The translations under genes and the position numbers were made by a program. Positions 50,014 to 60,598 of a DNA stretch of 64,000 nucleotides are shown piece by piece (positions within the stretch are counted from its first letter, which is position 1; each line of letters opens with the position of its first letter). The DNA lies in NCBI GenBank assembly GCA_951813565.1, contig OX638351.1, positions 2,976,001 to 3,040,000 on the forward strand. The letters are read 5' to 3'. The stretch is from an uncultured Poribacteria bacterium. Lineage in GTDB: Bacteria > Poribacteria > WGA-4E > WGA-3G. A model generated the notes under the pieces. The model had not been told where the DNA came from. It saw only the letters and a program-made list of their open reading frames with translations, and did no database searches.

Positions 50014-50787
50014 ATGAAAACAAAATTAATATGGATACTCGCGGCCCTCATTGTACTCCTTGGAAGTTTCGGCATTTTCATACTTATACAGTTACAGTTT
50101 AACAAATATAGCCCCAAGCCGGAACTTGTTTTGGGGCAGGCTACAAAAGACATATTGCAAAATAGGCGGAAGCCCTCTACTTTGCAACAACAGCACGTTG
50201 TAAAAAACTTTCCGCCCACGAAAAACGAAGAAAACGTTGAGGCTACTGGGAGCGTTCCGACAGAAGATACAGCAGCGTCTCCTGACAAAGATGTTAACAC
50301 ACGCCCAGAGAATGCAGTTGATGCGGTAACCGAAACAGCAATAATAGAAACTGAGGAAAACATCCGGAAGTCACTCTTTGGTTTTGGCACATACCCCGAA
50401 GTCCCGTTAGGACTTTTTCCACATGGGGAAGAAGTTTGGGATGAAATAGAGAGTTTATACGAAGATGATAGTCGTCTTGCACGAAATGTGGAACTGATGG
50501 TGCGGCTTCGGATAAAGCTTTGGGAACTCGGTACAGAAACTGTCGGTGCGTCTATGGAAAACGGTCTCATCTATCCATCTATCCCTAATGTTGCCTATGT
50601 TACCTACGGAACAAGAGAAACGGAAGATGGCAAAACGAAACAATATATTCAGAGTATAACGGGGGGCGGGGGCCTAACGGCGGAAGAATACGAAATGGTT
50701 GAGGCAGGCGTAACCCCTCTGGGCTGGACAATACTATCTCATGCAAGCGGGGGCATTGATCCCTACATGTTTTTAGAACTTGAATAA
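50014..50787 (+). CDS. Membrane-anchored hypothetical protein
   Basis: AGGAGGT SD, N-terminal TM segment, SLFGFGTYPEVP. Confidence 0.75.
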   Translation: MKTKLIWILAALIVLLGSFGIFILIQLQFNKYSPKPELVLGQATKDILQNRRKPSTLQQQHVVKNFPPTKNEENVEATGSVPTEDTAASPDKDVNTRPENAVDAVTETAIIETEENIRKSLFGFGTYPEVPLGLFPHGEEVWDEIESLYEDDSRLARNVELMVRLRIKLWELGTETVGASMENGLIYPSIPNVAYVTYGTRETEDGKTKQYIQSITGGGGLTAEEYEMVEAGVTPLGWTILSHASGGIDPYMFLELE

Positions 50788-50839
50788 AAGGATTATCTTG
50801 AAATTCGTGAGGGCATATTTGCCAATAAAGGTATAATTT

Positions 50840-53290
50840 TTGAAAGCATTACTTTCGCGGTTTTGGCATCTCTCAAAACGGGTTGTTTTCCCAAGTGCGT
50901 TAATCTGTGCTATTTTACTTCTTGGTTTCTGGATACGCATTCAAGGAGTAGCACAGATACCTGAAGGACAATTTACCGGGGCCGACCCGTACCTCTATGC
51001 AAAACAGGCTGAGCAGATTGCTGAACTTGGCTCCCTTCCTGCCAAGGATATGCAACGGTGGCTCCCTCTCGGCAGAGACAACGGACAGTTGTTGTCCTTT
51101 TATGCATACGTTCTTGCTTATACTCACAAGGTTGTCAACCGGTTTTTCCCAAAACTTACACGTTATCACATCCAACTCTACGCACCTACCGTCCTTTTTA
51201 CGTTGGGGCTTGCTGCGCTTTCACTTTTTCTTGTACAGACGCATGGTATCGCTTTTGCCTCTATTGTTGCGATGCTTTTGGCAACTATGCCGGGGAATAT
51301 TAGCCGGAGTATGGCAGGTTTCAGTGACCGGGACGCGTGGATATGGTTTATCGCCGTTTTGGCTGTGATATTTTATTTGTGGAAAGAACGGGTGGCGCCA
51401 GGTTATCGTAGGTACCTCATCACAGCTGTATCCGGTTTTACTGTTTTCCTTGGTGGGCTTTCATGGGAGGCGTTTGGTTTATTTGTAGTCATTATTCTCT
51501 GTGTAGAGTTATGGAAGTTCTGTTCTACAAGCGCAGAACAACACCTAAAAGAATACATTTTATGGGTGTTCATGTTTGTCCCCTGGCTACTCCTTATTAG
51601 TCCTGTTTATAGAAGTGGATACGGATTTACGACACACGTAGCAGCACTTATGATACTTCCGTCGCTCATCGTTTTAGGAATACGGGGGACAAGGCATATA
51701 CTCATCTGGCGTTTTTTATGGTGCCGCACACACCCGCGACTTCTATCCCTGGCTCTCGTGTTCATTGCAATAGTAATAGGCATAGGATATGTTGTCAGCC
51801 AAGCGCATACCTTTGAACTTACAGCATACCCACTTCAGAAGGGAAAATTGATGCAAAATGTTAATGAACTTATACCTCCCACTCTTCTACTTTGGATTCA
51901 GCGATATGGCGGGATATTTGTTATCGGGAGTGTGGGGCTTGCACTCGGAAGCCTTCAATATTGGCAATGGAAGGGACTTGCTCTTTCTGTTTATCTCTCA
52001 CTCTTTTTTGCATCTACTTTCTTTCGCGAACCGCTTAGCATTTTAATAGGTGGTGTTTGGTGTGATAGGATATTCGCAGCTTCTATCGTCCTCATTGGCA
52101 TCGGCATCGGCATCACATGCTGGCAACGGAAAGAAAAAAATAAAAATGAGTTGGTTATGCTTGCTGCTATCATCTGGTTCTTGTTGTGGGGAGTTCTGGC
52201 ACGCAGTGCCACGCGACACTCCTTTTTTATGGGCGTACCACTTGCTTTCGGAACAGCTTCAATTCTATGGAGTTTTCCCGTTTATCTGATACAGTGGTTT
52301 AAGGATAAAGAGTATTTTTACCCACATATCAAAGAAAGAACCGTCACCGCTTGCATCGCTATCAGTATCTTAATACCTGTCTTGTTTTGGAAACCGATAG
52401 GGGGACACGCAACACATGCTATCCATGCAGCGTCACTACGCCCCCCAATACCAGGGAAAGGAAGCCTTTTGAAAACGTTTCAGTGGATGAAAACAGAACT
52501 CTCACAAGATAATGTAGTGGCTGCGACATGGGATTTGGGTACACAACTTAATGTACTCGGCGGTGTTAAGACAATTATTGATCCTGACCATTATATTCAG
52601 CATTGGATACTTCTCTATTACCGGCATGTCTTCTTAGCACAATCCGAACAAGAAGCACTCTCCTTTTTGAAGACACACCATGCCACACATCTGATGTTGA
52701 CAGATATAGGGGTCGCTTTCAATTCAGAGCGATATTCTGTCCTTGGGAGTGATAAAAACAATGATAGAGAGTTCAAATTTCATAAACTCAAAAAAATTGA
52801 TACGCCGATCGGAACACCTATTCGAATAGTACCCAAACTACAAGTCATCCCTCTGGTGTATACTGATATTGCCGCACAAACACACGAAGATGTCACTGTG
52901 ACGGCTAATTTTAGAAATCACAAACCTGTCTCCAAGACGTTCCGACTTAACACGAACAGAGAAACAAAAAAAGCGATAGATGTTGAAATTGGCGGACTCA
53001 TTCTTTATTTTGATATTAAAAAACGGCTGCGGAACGTCTATTATGTCCCCCCTATTGGATGGAGTTGCCTTGCCGTAAAGTTGTTTATGCGCGATGAATA
53101 TAGTGAAGCGTTTGTGCCAGTTTATCCTAACAATAATGATGATATAGCTGAAGTAAAGGTGTGGGAAATACACTATCCTTCGGAGATAGAAACAGATGAG
53201 AAATATCTCGCTACGGAGCCCAAAGGATCACGTCACAAATTCAGGATACCACGACACTCACACAAAACTGGACACCTCAACAAGAAGTAA
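50840..53290 (+). CDS. STT3/AglB/PglB-like oligosaccharyltransferase (GT66-like)
   Basis: Many TM segments, ADPYLY, SMAGFSDRD, VNEL, VAATWDLGTQL (WWDYG-like), soluble C-terminal domain. Confidence 0.75.
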   Translation: MKALLSRFWHLSKRVVFPSALICAILLLGFWIRIQGVAQIPEGQFTGADPYLYAKQAEQIAELGSLPAKDMQRWLPLGRDNGQLLSFYAYVLAYTHKVVNRFFPKLTRYHIQLYAPTVLFTLGLAALSLFLVQTHGIAFASIVAMLLATMPGNISRSMAGFSDRDAWIWFIAVLAVIFYLWKERVAPGYRRYLITAVSGFTVFLGGLSWEAFGLFVVIILCVELWKFCSTSAEQHLKEYILWVFMFVPWLLLISPVYRSGYGFTTHVAALMILPSLIVLGIRGTRHILIWRFLWCRTHPRLLSLALVFIAIVIGIGYVVSQAHTFELTAYPLQKGKLMQNVNELIPPTLLLWIQRYGGIFVIGSVGLALGSLQYWQWKGLALSVYLSLFFASTFFREPLSILIGGVWCDRIFAASIVLIGIGIGITCWQRKEKNKNELVMLAAIIWFLLWGVLARSATRHSFFMGVPLAFGTASILWSFPVYLIQWFKDKEYFYPHIKERTVTACIAISILIPVLFWKPIGGHATHAIHAASLRPPIPGKGSLLKTFQWMKTELSQDNVVAATWDLGTQLNVLGGVKTIIDPDHYIQHWILLYYRHVFLAQSEQEALSFLKTHHATHLMLTDIGVAFNSERYSVLGSDKNNDREFKFHKLKKIDTPIGTPIRIVPKLQVIPLVYTDIAAQTHEDVTVTANFRNHKPVSKTFRLNTNRETKKAIDVEIGGLILYFDIKKRLRNVYYVPPIGWSCLAVKLFMRDEYSEAFVPVYPNNNDDIAEVKVWEIHYPSEIETDEKYLATEPKGSRHKFRIPRHSHKTGHLNKK

Positions 53291-53408
53291 GGACATGACA
53301 GCAAACACAATTACATACGGACGAGTTATTTTAACCTTTCTCGTTATGGCATGTGGTTTTATCACAGACTGGAAAAATCCTATAGTAAGCCAATTACTTG
53401 AACACTAC

Positions 53409-53655
53409 TGTAGCACAAACTCTTAGTTTGCGCAGCTACGCAACACAAACTAAATGAAGTTTAAGAAAATAAATCGGTATAATGTGGTGAGGTTAGGAAA
53501 CCTCGCCGGCAAGGGGTACATCTGTCTCGTGCGGACAGAAAATTACCGAATTAAAAAATTAATCTTCATACAGTTTGTGGGACAACACAGACGGTAGGCG
53601 AGGTTTCCTAACCTCGCCGATGCAGAGTGTCAAAATAATTCTAAAATCTACCATA
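53409..53655. repeat. Nested REP/MITE cluster
   Basis: GTAGCACAAACT REP pair interrupted by ATGAAGTTTAA...TTAATCTTCAT; GTAGGCGAGGTTTCCTAACCTCGCC. Confidence 0.65.
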
Positions 53656-53658
53656 TTT

Positions 53659-54681
53659 TCAATCGCTATCGTTTTGGTGAGTGTCTGCAAAGAGGTCTTT
53701 CCAAATCCGAATGTTTTTGTCTTTACCGCCACTGGCTAATGTTTTTCCATCAGGCGAATATGAGACACTATTGACCGCATCCGTATGCCCTTTCAACGTA
53801 TGACGATTTTCTCCGGTTTTCGGATTCCAGAGTCGTATTGTGCTGTCTTCACTTGCGCTGGCTAATATGTTTCCATCTGGTGAATATGAGATACTACGGA
53901 CTCCCGCTGTATGCCCTTCTAACATACGGATATGCACTAAAGTGCGCGCATCCCACAGACGTATAGTTTTATCCATACCACCACTGGCTAACGTCTTACC
54001 ATCAGGCGAATATGAGACACTACGGACTTCAGAGACTTCACCATTTTCGTTATGATATACGATCGGTGCGTCACCACTGGTTATCTCATCGCTATGCGGG
54101 CGTTGACGGCCCGTCTGTAGATTCCACAAGGTGATTCTACCATCCTCCGAACCAACAGTTGCTAACGTCTTCCCATCAAGCGAATACGAGATGCTCAAGA
54201 CGCTATCAATAAACCCTCTAAACTTGCGTATACGCTTGCCTGTCTGTGCATCCCACAATAAAATGGGAACCATCAGAGTACTACTCGTCAACGTCTTGCC
54301 ATCGCGTGAATACGAAACGGCTAAGACCTGCCACCTATCTTCTTTCAACGTACGGAGATGCTTTCCTGTCTGTGTATCCCAGAGACGTATAGTGCTGTCC
54401 TCACTCCCACTTGCCAACGTCTTGCCATCAGGTGAATATGAGATACTATTGATTACATCTGTATGCCCTTCTAACGTACGGAGATGTTTTCCTATCTGTG
54501 TATCCCATAGACGTATAGTTTTATCCATACTCCCACTGGCTAACGTCTTACCATCAGGCGAATATGCGATACTCGTGATCTCCGCTGTATGCCCTGAAAG
54601 TATTAAGTCTTGGGCGAAGGCAGTTGGGAGTGCAAACGCCATAAGAATTAGTAATGTTAACAAACTAAAACGGTTTTTCAT
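53659..54681 (-). CDS. Secreted WD40-repeat protein
   Basis: Signal peptide; about 7 GHT...SYSPDGKTLASG...IRLWD repeats. Confidence 0.92.
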   Translation of the reverse strand: MKNRFSLLTLLILMAFALPTAFAQDLILSGHTAEITSIAYSPDGKTLASGSMDKTIRLWDTQIGKHLRTLEGHTDVINSISYSPDGKTLASGSEDSTIRLWDTQTGKHLRTLKEDRWQVLAVSYSRDGKTLTSSTLMVPILLWDAQTGKRIRKFRGFIDSVLSISYSLDGKTLATVGSEDGRITLWNLQTGRQRPHSDEITSGDAPIVYHNENGEVSEVRSVSYSPDGKTLASGGMDKTIRLWDARTLVHIRMLEGHTAGVRSISYSPDGNILASASEDSTIRLWNPKTGENRHTLKGHTDAVNSVSYSPDGKTLASGGKDKNIRIWKDLFADTHQNDSD

Positions 54682-55030
54682 AATTACTCCTTGTGTTAAT
54701 TTAAATTATTATTGGGATTTCTCATAATTGATCTAAACCTAATGCCATCAATAGAAAACACTTAGACAGACATGAAAATGCGTCCAAGTTATGATGATTT
54801 TGTCTGCTTTTTCTGGAAGGAAACCTGCTTAGGAATACCGTTGTATCTCGGAGGTTTTTGGGTCTCGTCTCCCAAAATAACATCTTTCATAAAGTAAATG
54901 TGCATCAAAAGTGGAAATAAAGGAACATAAAGTAGCTCCTTTTCTTGCCCTATTGGACAATATCCTTTATGTTTTACTCAATATGACTTCAAGTCCAGTC
55001 CTGATGACATGTGAAAAGTATAACGAATAC

Positions 55031-55471
55031 CTAATAACGCTGCAGGTCCTGGTCAACCTCACTTGCCCACCTATCAATCCCGCCAGCGACGCTGAGTACC
55101 GATTTGAATCCAAGTTGTTGTAGGAGGTATGCGGCATCAAGGCTTCGCATGCCATGATGACAGTAAACGACGATCTCATCTACTGGTGAAAGTTCGCGAA
55201 ACCGCCTCGGCAACTCACCCAGCGGAATAGACACCGCTCCCTCAATGTGAACGAGTTGATACTCCCATACTTCTCTGACATCAAGTAAAACAAAATCCCT
55301 ACCAGCATCTACCATCTGTTTAAGTTCATTTGGTAGGATTGCGTAATCTTCAGGATCAAATGGCAGGATTGCCTCTTCTACACTTGGTGCTACCCGTGGT
55401 AGGAAGTTGTCTCGTGAGGTTCTGGCGGAATCCCAGAGTTTGTATAATAAGTTTTTGATCCGTTTAAACAT
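55031..55471 (-). CDS. Rhodanese-like domain protein
   Basis: LLDVRE..E....HI.GA, YCHHGMRS, GGIDRW. Confidence 0.88.
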   Translation of the reverse strand: MFKRIKNLLYKLWDSARTSRDNFLPRVAPSVEEAILPFDPEDYAILPNELKQMVDAGRDFVLLDVREVWEYQLVHIEGAVSIPLGELPRRFRELSPVDEIVVYCHHGMRSLDAAYLLQQLGFKSVLSVAGGIDRWASEVDQDLQRY

Positions 55472-55505
55472 TTCTTGCTCTTAGTTCAAAAGTAAGATAT
55501 GCCGA

Positions 55506-57539
55506 TTAAAATGTAATCGTCATGCCTAACGTAGGGATAATTGGGAGAAGGGGTTCTTCCTCAATCACACAGCCGGTAATAGCACCTGTTTCTTCATTTC
55601 GCACTTCACTGAACGCATACTGGTCAAGATTGGTGTGATTATAAAGGTTTAGTATTTGAAAATACCACGTGAGTGACCATCGCCTATACGGACTCCGCTT
55701 TGTAATCCGAAAATCGAGACTATGGAATGCTGGCAATTGCTCTGAATGTGTTTCACCGAATTGCCGGTCACAACCGATGCCCCCATTTGGCAACCAAACC
55801 TCTTCGTGAGTCAAAGGCGTTCTCGGATCGCCGGTATGAAAACGCCAACTGAGATAAAGATGCCATGTTGATGTAATCTGATGACTACTGCTCAGGAAAA
55901 TAGAATGCCGTCGGTCATATTGTCGAAAGATCGTTGTGTTTCCTGATGTTTCTTTTGCAATACCATAAGCGTAGCCGAGTCCCCATGTCAAACGTGGTGA
56001 AACTGCCTGCGTTGCAAATAGATCAAATCCTTTTGCATTAGCGGATTCTGGCGAGGTGAAAATCTGTGTTTGCCTTCCGAATTCTCTGAGTCTACCTACC
56101 AGATTATCAAATTTTTTATAGTATCCTTCAAGACGAATCAGAAAATTGTTGCCACGACTATATTCACAACCCAAAATGTAATGCGTTGCTTGTTCTGCCC
56201 GTCCGACGGTCTTTATACTATCTTCAACAGGTACTGACATCAGATCAACAGGTTGATGATAGATGCCCCATGCGCCTCGCAATACTAAGTTTTTCTTCGG
56301 ACTCACAGCGAGCGCCACACGGGGACCAATTTCATAGTTTTGAACATCTGCATTCCGATAGCTCTGAACGATATAGCGACCACCCACGTTGAGTGCGAGT
56401 TTCGGATGAATTTGCCACTCATCTTGCAAAAATAATTTGATGTCACTCCCGCTATCGTCAATATCTGCGTTAATCTGTTTATATCTGTTTATGCCCGCCT
56501 GCCGTTCTTGGACATCGTATTCGTATTGGGCAGCCGACCAACGCCACTCAACACCAGTACGGAACGTATGTTTTTCTAATCCGTTTACTGTTAGTTCTGC
56601 TTTTGTGCCCAAAAATCGGAAGTCGCGATTGTCAAAATCCGATTTTCCAGTTGTTCTCTCTTGGCTTGATGTGCCTCCAAAAACAAAGACATCTGTCCAA
56701 TACGAAGCGCCGAACGTATGTCGCCATTTTAGCCAAGTGGTCGAATTGTCGTATAGGGAATCCAAGTTGTTATCTACATCATCTACACGTATCAGATTTT
56801 TATCCCAACCGTACAACCCGTTAAGCGTTAGTGTGTCTGCCTCTGTTACCTGATATATCAGTTTTCCATAGATATCGGCATATTGCGGTTTATATTCTTC
56901 GTCAAGGTCTATGAGTGCAAGGATTAGGTCAACGTAACCACGACGTGCTGACAGCATCCATCCCCCTTTTTTAGAGATGGGTCCCTCCACCATAGCGGTT
57001 GCGTTGATAAGGTCTATCCCAAAATTTGCTGAGACCTTTTCTGTATTCGGTGTCTTGGTTGTCATATCAAACACGCCAGACATTTTTTGCCCATATTCTG
57101 CTGGAAATCCGCCCATCAGCAGATCAGCGCGTTGGATTAAACCGAGACCGACCAACGAAACAGCTCCGCCAAAATCTTGCAGATGATACGGATTATAGAG
57201 TTCCATTCCGTCCAATCTAATTGATACGCCATCCTTTTCTCCACCTCGTACACTGAAGCGCGCGCTATAATCGCTTGCAATGACTCCCGGTAAAATATGC
57301 CCTGAACGCATGATGTCGTTGTCTATCAAAGGAAACCTTTCTATCTCCTCCTTTGAGAGTGAGAGTTGCGGGATCGTGCCATCATAAATCATAAATCGGC
57401 CAGGGGTTACAACAATTTTATCAAGTTCTATCGGTTCTCGATTTTCTTGTGCATAAACCGTAAGAAAATGAGCGATTTGAAAAAAGAGAATATAAAAAAG
57501 GAGAAATTTGATGGCGCACAATCTGATGTTGGACATCAT
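55506..57539 (-). CDS. TonB-dependent receptor
   Basis: DKIVVT TonB box, plug SVRGG, GGFPAEYG, C-terminal Phe. Confidence 0.88.
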   Translation of the reverse strand: MMSNIRLCAIKFLLFYILFFQIAHFLTVYAQENREPIELDKIVVTPGRFMIYDGTIPQLSLSKEEIERFPLIDNDIMRSGHILPGVIASDYSARFSVRGGEKDGVSIRLDGMELYNPYHLQDFGGAVSLVGLGLIQRADLLMGGFPAEYGQKMSGVFDMTTKTPNTEKVSANFGIDLINATAMVEGPISKKGGWMLSARRGYVDLILALIDLDEEYKPQYADIYGKLIYQVTEADTLTLNGLYGWDKNLIRVDDVDNNLDSLYDNSTTWLKWRHTFGASYWTDVFVFGGTSSQERTTGKSDFDNRDFRFLGTKAELTVNGLEKHTFRTGVEWRWSAAQYEYDVQERQAGINRYKQINADIDDSGSDIKLFLQDEWQIHPKLALNVGGRYIVQSYRNADVQNYEIGPRVALAVSPKKNLVLRGAWGIYHQPVDLMSVPVEDSIKTVGRAEQATHYILGCEYSRGNNFLIRLEGYYKKFDNLVGRLREFGRQTQIFTSPESANAKGFDLFATQAVSPRLTWGLGYAYGIAKETSGNTTIFRQYDRRHSIFLSSSHQITSTWHLYLSWRFHTGDPRTPLTHEEVWLPNGGIGCDRQFGETHSEQLPAFHSLDFRITKRSPYRRWSLTWYFQILNLYNHTNLDQYAFSEVRNEETGAITGCVIEEEPLLPIIPTLGMTITF

Positions 57540-57623
57540 GCAGCCTCACTGTTTGATTTGAAGGTTACGTGAAGTATAACATCTTTTAAGAATAAGTGTC
57601 AATAAATTTTATAATAAATGATT

Positions 57624-57717
57624 GGGTGTGTAAAGTTTTTGTAGAAATCCGCCCTACAGTGGAAAACGCCGCGTAATCATGCAAATTGAACCTATGTAAC
57701 CAAATATTTACACACCC
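57624..57717. mobile_element. 94-bp MITE (GGGTGTGTAAA ends)
   Basis: Perfect 11-bp terminal inverted repeat, 8-bp TSD AAATGATT. Confidence 0.88.
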
Positions 57718-57783
57718 AAATGATTCCACAACATTGACATGTGTTATGTTCCATGCTATACTTCCAAAAAGGAGAAATGGCTT

Positions 57784-58535
57784 ATGGTTACGCAAAAAGA
57801 CATTCAAGCCACCTGTGACGACATTGTCCGTGAATTTGCGCCTCTACAGGTTATTCTGTTCGGCTCCTATGCTTATGGCAGCCCAACGGAAGACTCGGAT
57901 GTTGATTTGCTGGTAGTGATGGATATTCCGGAATCTGATACGCGTCGCCAGGCAGTGGAAATTCAGGAACGTATTCCTCGTCGCTTTAGTATGGATCTGC
58001 TTGTCCGTTCACCTGAAGAGATCGCCTATCGAATTTCTCATAACGACTGGTTCCTTCGTGAGATCACTGAAAGAGGCAAAGTGCTTTTTGGAAATGTTCG
58101 TTTTTTCAAGATACCTTATACGAAAAAAGAGGGAGGTATGAATCCATTAACGCTGGAGTGGGTAGAAAAAGCTGAGGACTTTTATAACTTAGCAAAGGGA
58201 ACCAACACCAGCAAAATCCGATCCATGATATTACCTACTTCTATGCCCAACAGTGTGCCGAAAATTATCTTAAGGCTTGGTTGCAAGAAGCAAATATTCC
58301 CTTTCCAAAGACACATAATATGAATGAATTGTTAATGCTAATTGTGCCTACGATTCCTGCTTGGTCAGTTTGGGAGACAGCTCTATCAACGCTTTCCAAA
58401 AATGCAGTGGACTTTCGCTATCCGGGCAAGTGGGCAACAACAGGCGACATGGAGTATGCAATGCAGATCTGCAATCAGGTTCGCCAAGCAATTCGGGAAG
58501 CGTTGAAATTGCCGAAAAATCAATTAGAAAGGTAG
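57784..58535 (+). pseudogene. MNT nucleotidyltransferase-HEPN module with a frameshift in HEPN
   Basis: LFGSYAYG..DSDVDLLV; in-frame MNPLTLEWVEKAE at 58138; AQQCAENYLKAWL...KTHN...FRYPG continues in another frame. Confidence 0.75.
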
Positions 58536-58544
58536 GTTTAGCAC

Positions 58545-59360
58545 ATGAGTGCAGGAACAACAATAAATATCCCCAAATTAGAACTCTCTGCGGAGGAACG
58601 CGCTGAAAGTAAACCGACACATGAGAGCATTGATGCTGCCACTCGTCTGTTACGTGAGGCAGGATTAGTTGTCATTGAAAGCGTTCTTCCCCGCGATTGG
58701 ATTGAAGAAGTTAACACTGCAATGCAAACAGTGCTTGATAGAGAAGAAGATGATCATAACGGCCCAAACCCGATGTTAAAAATGCCGTTTATGGATGCGC
58801 GTATCATTGACAACCCGTTTGCAATGCCAATAATGAAAGCTGCAATGGGCGATAAGATTTTTGCATATTTGCCCTACGGGTGCAATGCAACTACCCCTGG
58901 TAACGAGATACAATGGATTCATCGCGATTCTGGACAACTTTTCCCTGAATTGCCGTTCGCGCTACCTGTTTCAACAATCGTTGTGAATATCCCACTTGTT
59001 GATTTTACGGTGAAAAACGGTGCGACAGAGGTTTGGCCTGGATCACATCTCATCATTGATGATGAGGCAGTACGGAATACGCCTTACAACGTCTGTGATG
59101 AGGCTCGCGCTGCAAAAATGCCTTCTTTTCAGTTAGTTATGCCTGCGGGTTCTGTCGTGGTGCGTGATATGCGGTGCTGGCATCGCGCAATGCCGAATCG
59201 GTCGCAAATTCGGCGTCCTATGCTCGCCCTCGTCTATTTCCGAAGGTTTCATCATTCGCCTGATGCTCCAGGAATATTTAGGGCAAAGGTTTCAGAAGAT
59301 ATATGGACGAACATGTCCGAAAATGCACAAGAGGTCTACCGTTTTCAGGCACACGATTAA
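58545..59360 (+). CDS. Phytanoyl-CoA dioxygenase (PhyH) family protein
   Basis: HRD, NGATEVWPGSH, WHRAMPN. Confidence 0.88.
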   Translation: MSAGTTINIPKLELSAEERAESKPTHESIDAATRLLREAGLVVIESVLPRDWIEEVNTAMQTVLDREEDDHNGPNPMLKMPFMDARIIDNPFAMPIMKAAMGDKIFAYLPYGCNATTPGNEIQWIHRDSGQLFPELPFALPVSTIVVNIPLVDFTVKNGATEVWPGSHLIIDDEAVRNTPYNVCDEARAAKMPSFQLVMPAGSVVVRDMRCWHRAMPNRSQIRRPMLALVYFRRFHHSPDAPGIFRAKVSEDIWTNMSENAQEVYRFQAHD

Positions 59361-59387
59361 GAAATCATTGTATTATAAGAGGAATTT

Positions 59388-60284
59388 ATGGAACGCACAC
59401 TGCTTATTCATCCAGATATGTCCGATATTGATAGAGAACATGGATTTTCCAATATCAACGGGCCTTCGCTTGTTCGCGTGCCAGAATGGGTAGAAAACCC
59501 GTTAGGCAAATATTATCTCTATTTCGCACACCATCGTGGCGCCTATATCCGTTTAGCGTATGCTGATGAGGTTGAGGGTCCGTATACCGTCTATCGCCCT
59601 GGCACACTGCATCGTGATAACACAGTCTTTAAAGGATGTGATCATATCGCTTCGCCAGATGTCCATATAGACGAGGATAACAAACGTTTTATTATGTATT
59701 TTCACGGCAATTATCGTGGTGGACAGGCAACTTGTTGGGCAACCTCCTCCGACGGCATCCATTACACGGCATCTGAAACGTTAGAGAAACAGCAGGGACC
59801 CTATTTCCGTGTCTTTTGGTGGAAGGGTCTTCCTTACGCAACGAATCATAACATGCTGAACCGCGGTAAAACTGCTGAATGGACGACTGTGTTTGAAAGG
59901 CGTGACACTCCGCTCTTTCCCGGGGAACCGGGTAAAGGTAGGGATGGCACCCCGCGCCACACAGCGAACCACCTTGTCGGAAATACGCTGATCGTTTATT
60001 ATTCGCTTTATGGTGGGACGCCGGAACGTATTTTAAAAAGCACAGTGGAGCTTACAGAAGATTGGAATGATTGGTATCCCTCTCCACCGACAGAGGTTAT
60101 CGCACCAAAATACGAATTTGAGGGTGTGGATATACCGATTGTGCCTTCAACGAATGGACTTGACAGGGAGCGGGTGCATCAACTTCGTGACCCCGATATC
60201 TACTGTGAAGGCGAAGATACTTGGCTTCTCTATTCTGTTGCTGGTGAACAGGGGATTGCGATTATGAAACTTGCTTCTGGATAA
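59388..60284 (+). CDS. Five-bladed propeller glycoside-hydrolase-like protein
   Basis: NINGPS, YYLYFAHH, HIASPDV, LRDP. Confidence 0.65.
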   Translation: MERTLLIHPDMSDIDREHGFSNINGPSLVRVPEWVENPLGKYYLYFAHHRGAYIRLAYADEVEGPYTVYRPGTLHRDNTVFKGCDHIASPDVHIDEDNKRFIMYFHGNYRGGQATCWATSSDGIHYTASETLEKQQGPYFRVFWWKGLPYATNHNMLNRGKTAEWTTVFERRDTPLFPGEPGKGRDGTPRHTANHLVGNTLIVYYSLYGGTPERILKSTVELTEDWNDWYPSPPTEVIAPKYEFEGVDIPIVPSTNGLDRERVHQLRDPDIYCEGEDTWLLYSVAGEQGIAIMKLASG

Positions 60285-60395
60285 GACTGCGGAGTTTTCG
60301 GTTTTTGCCCATTTTAGTTGGAAAGTCGCGACCGGGAGGTCGCTCCTACGAAAGAAGCGTTAAACAAGAGAAACTGCAACATAGTATTACGTCTT

Positions 60396-60588
60396 GGGCA
60401 TGTAAAGTTTTTTGCATGAATACTTTTTCTTTTGTTGGAGTAAATCAACGCTATGAATGCCTTATGCGCATTTGGCGTTGATTTGGCAGCATGCCATACG
60501 CGCATGCTGCGTTGATTTGGATTTATCGGGCTTACAAAGCCCTCCAACAAGAAAATGGCATGGTTAATGCAAATATATTTACACACCC
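60396..60588. mobile_element. MITE (GGGTGTGTAAA family) with nested AATCAAC hairpins
   Basis: GGGCATGTAAA...TTTACACACCC, 9-bp TSD TTACGTCTT. Confidence 0.82.
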
Positions 60589-60598
60589 TTACGTCTTG

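Noticed and set aside
54131..54727. Long antisense ORFs over WD40, LRR and propeller genes (also 35719-36195, 39480-40004, 50010-50570)
   Set aside because: They are shadow frames of well-supported genes on the other strand
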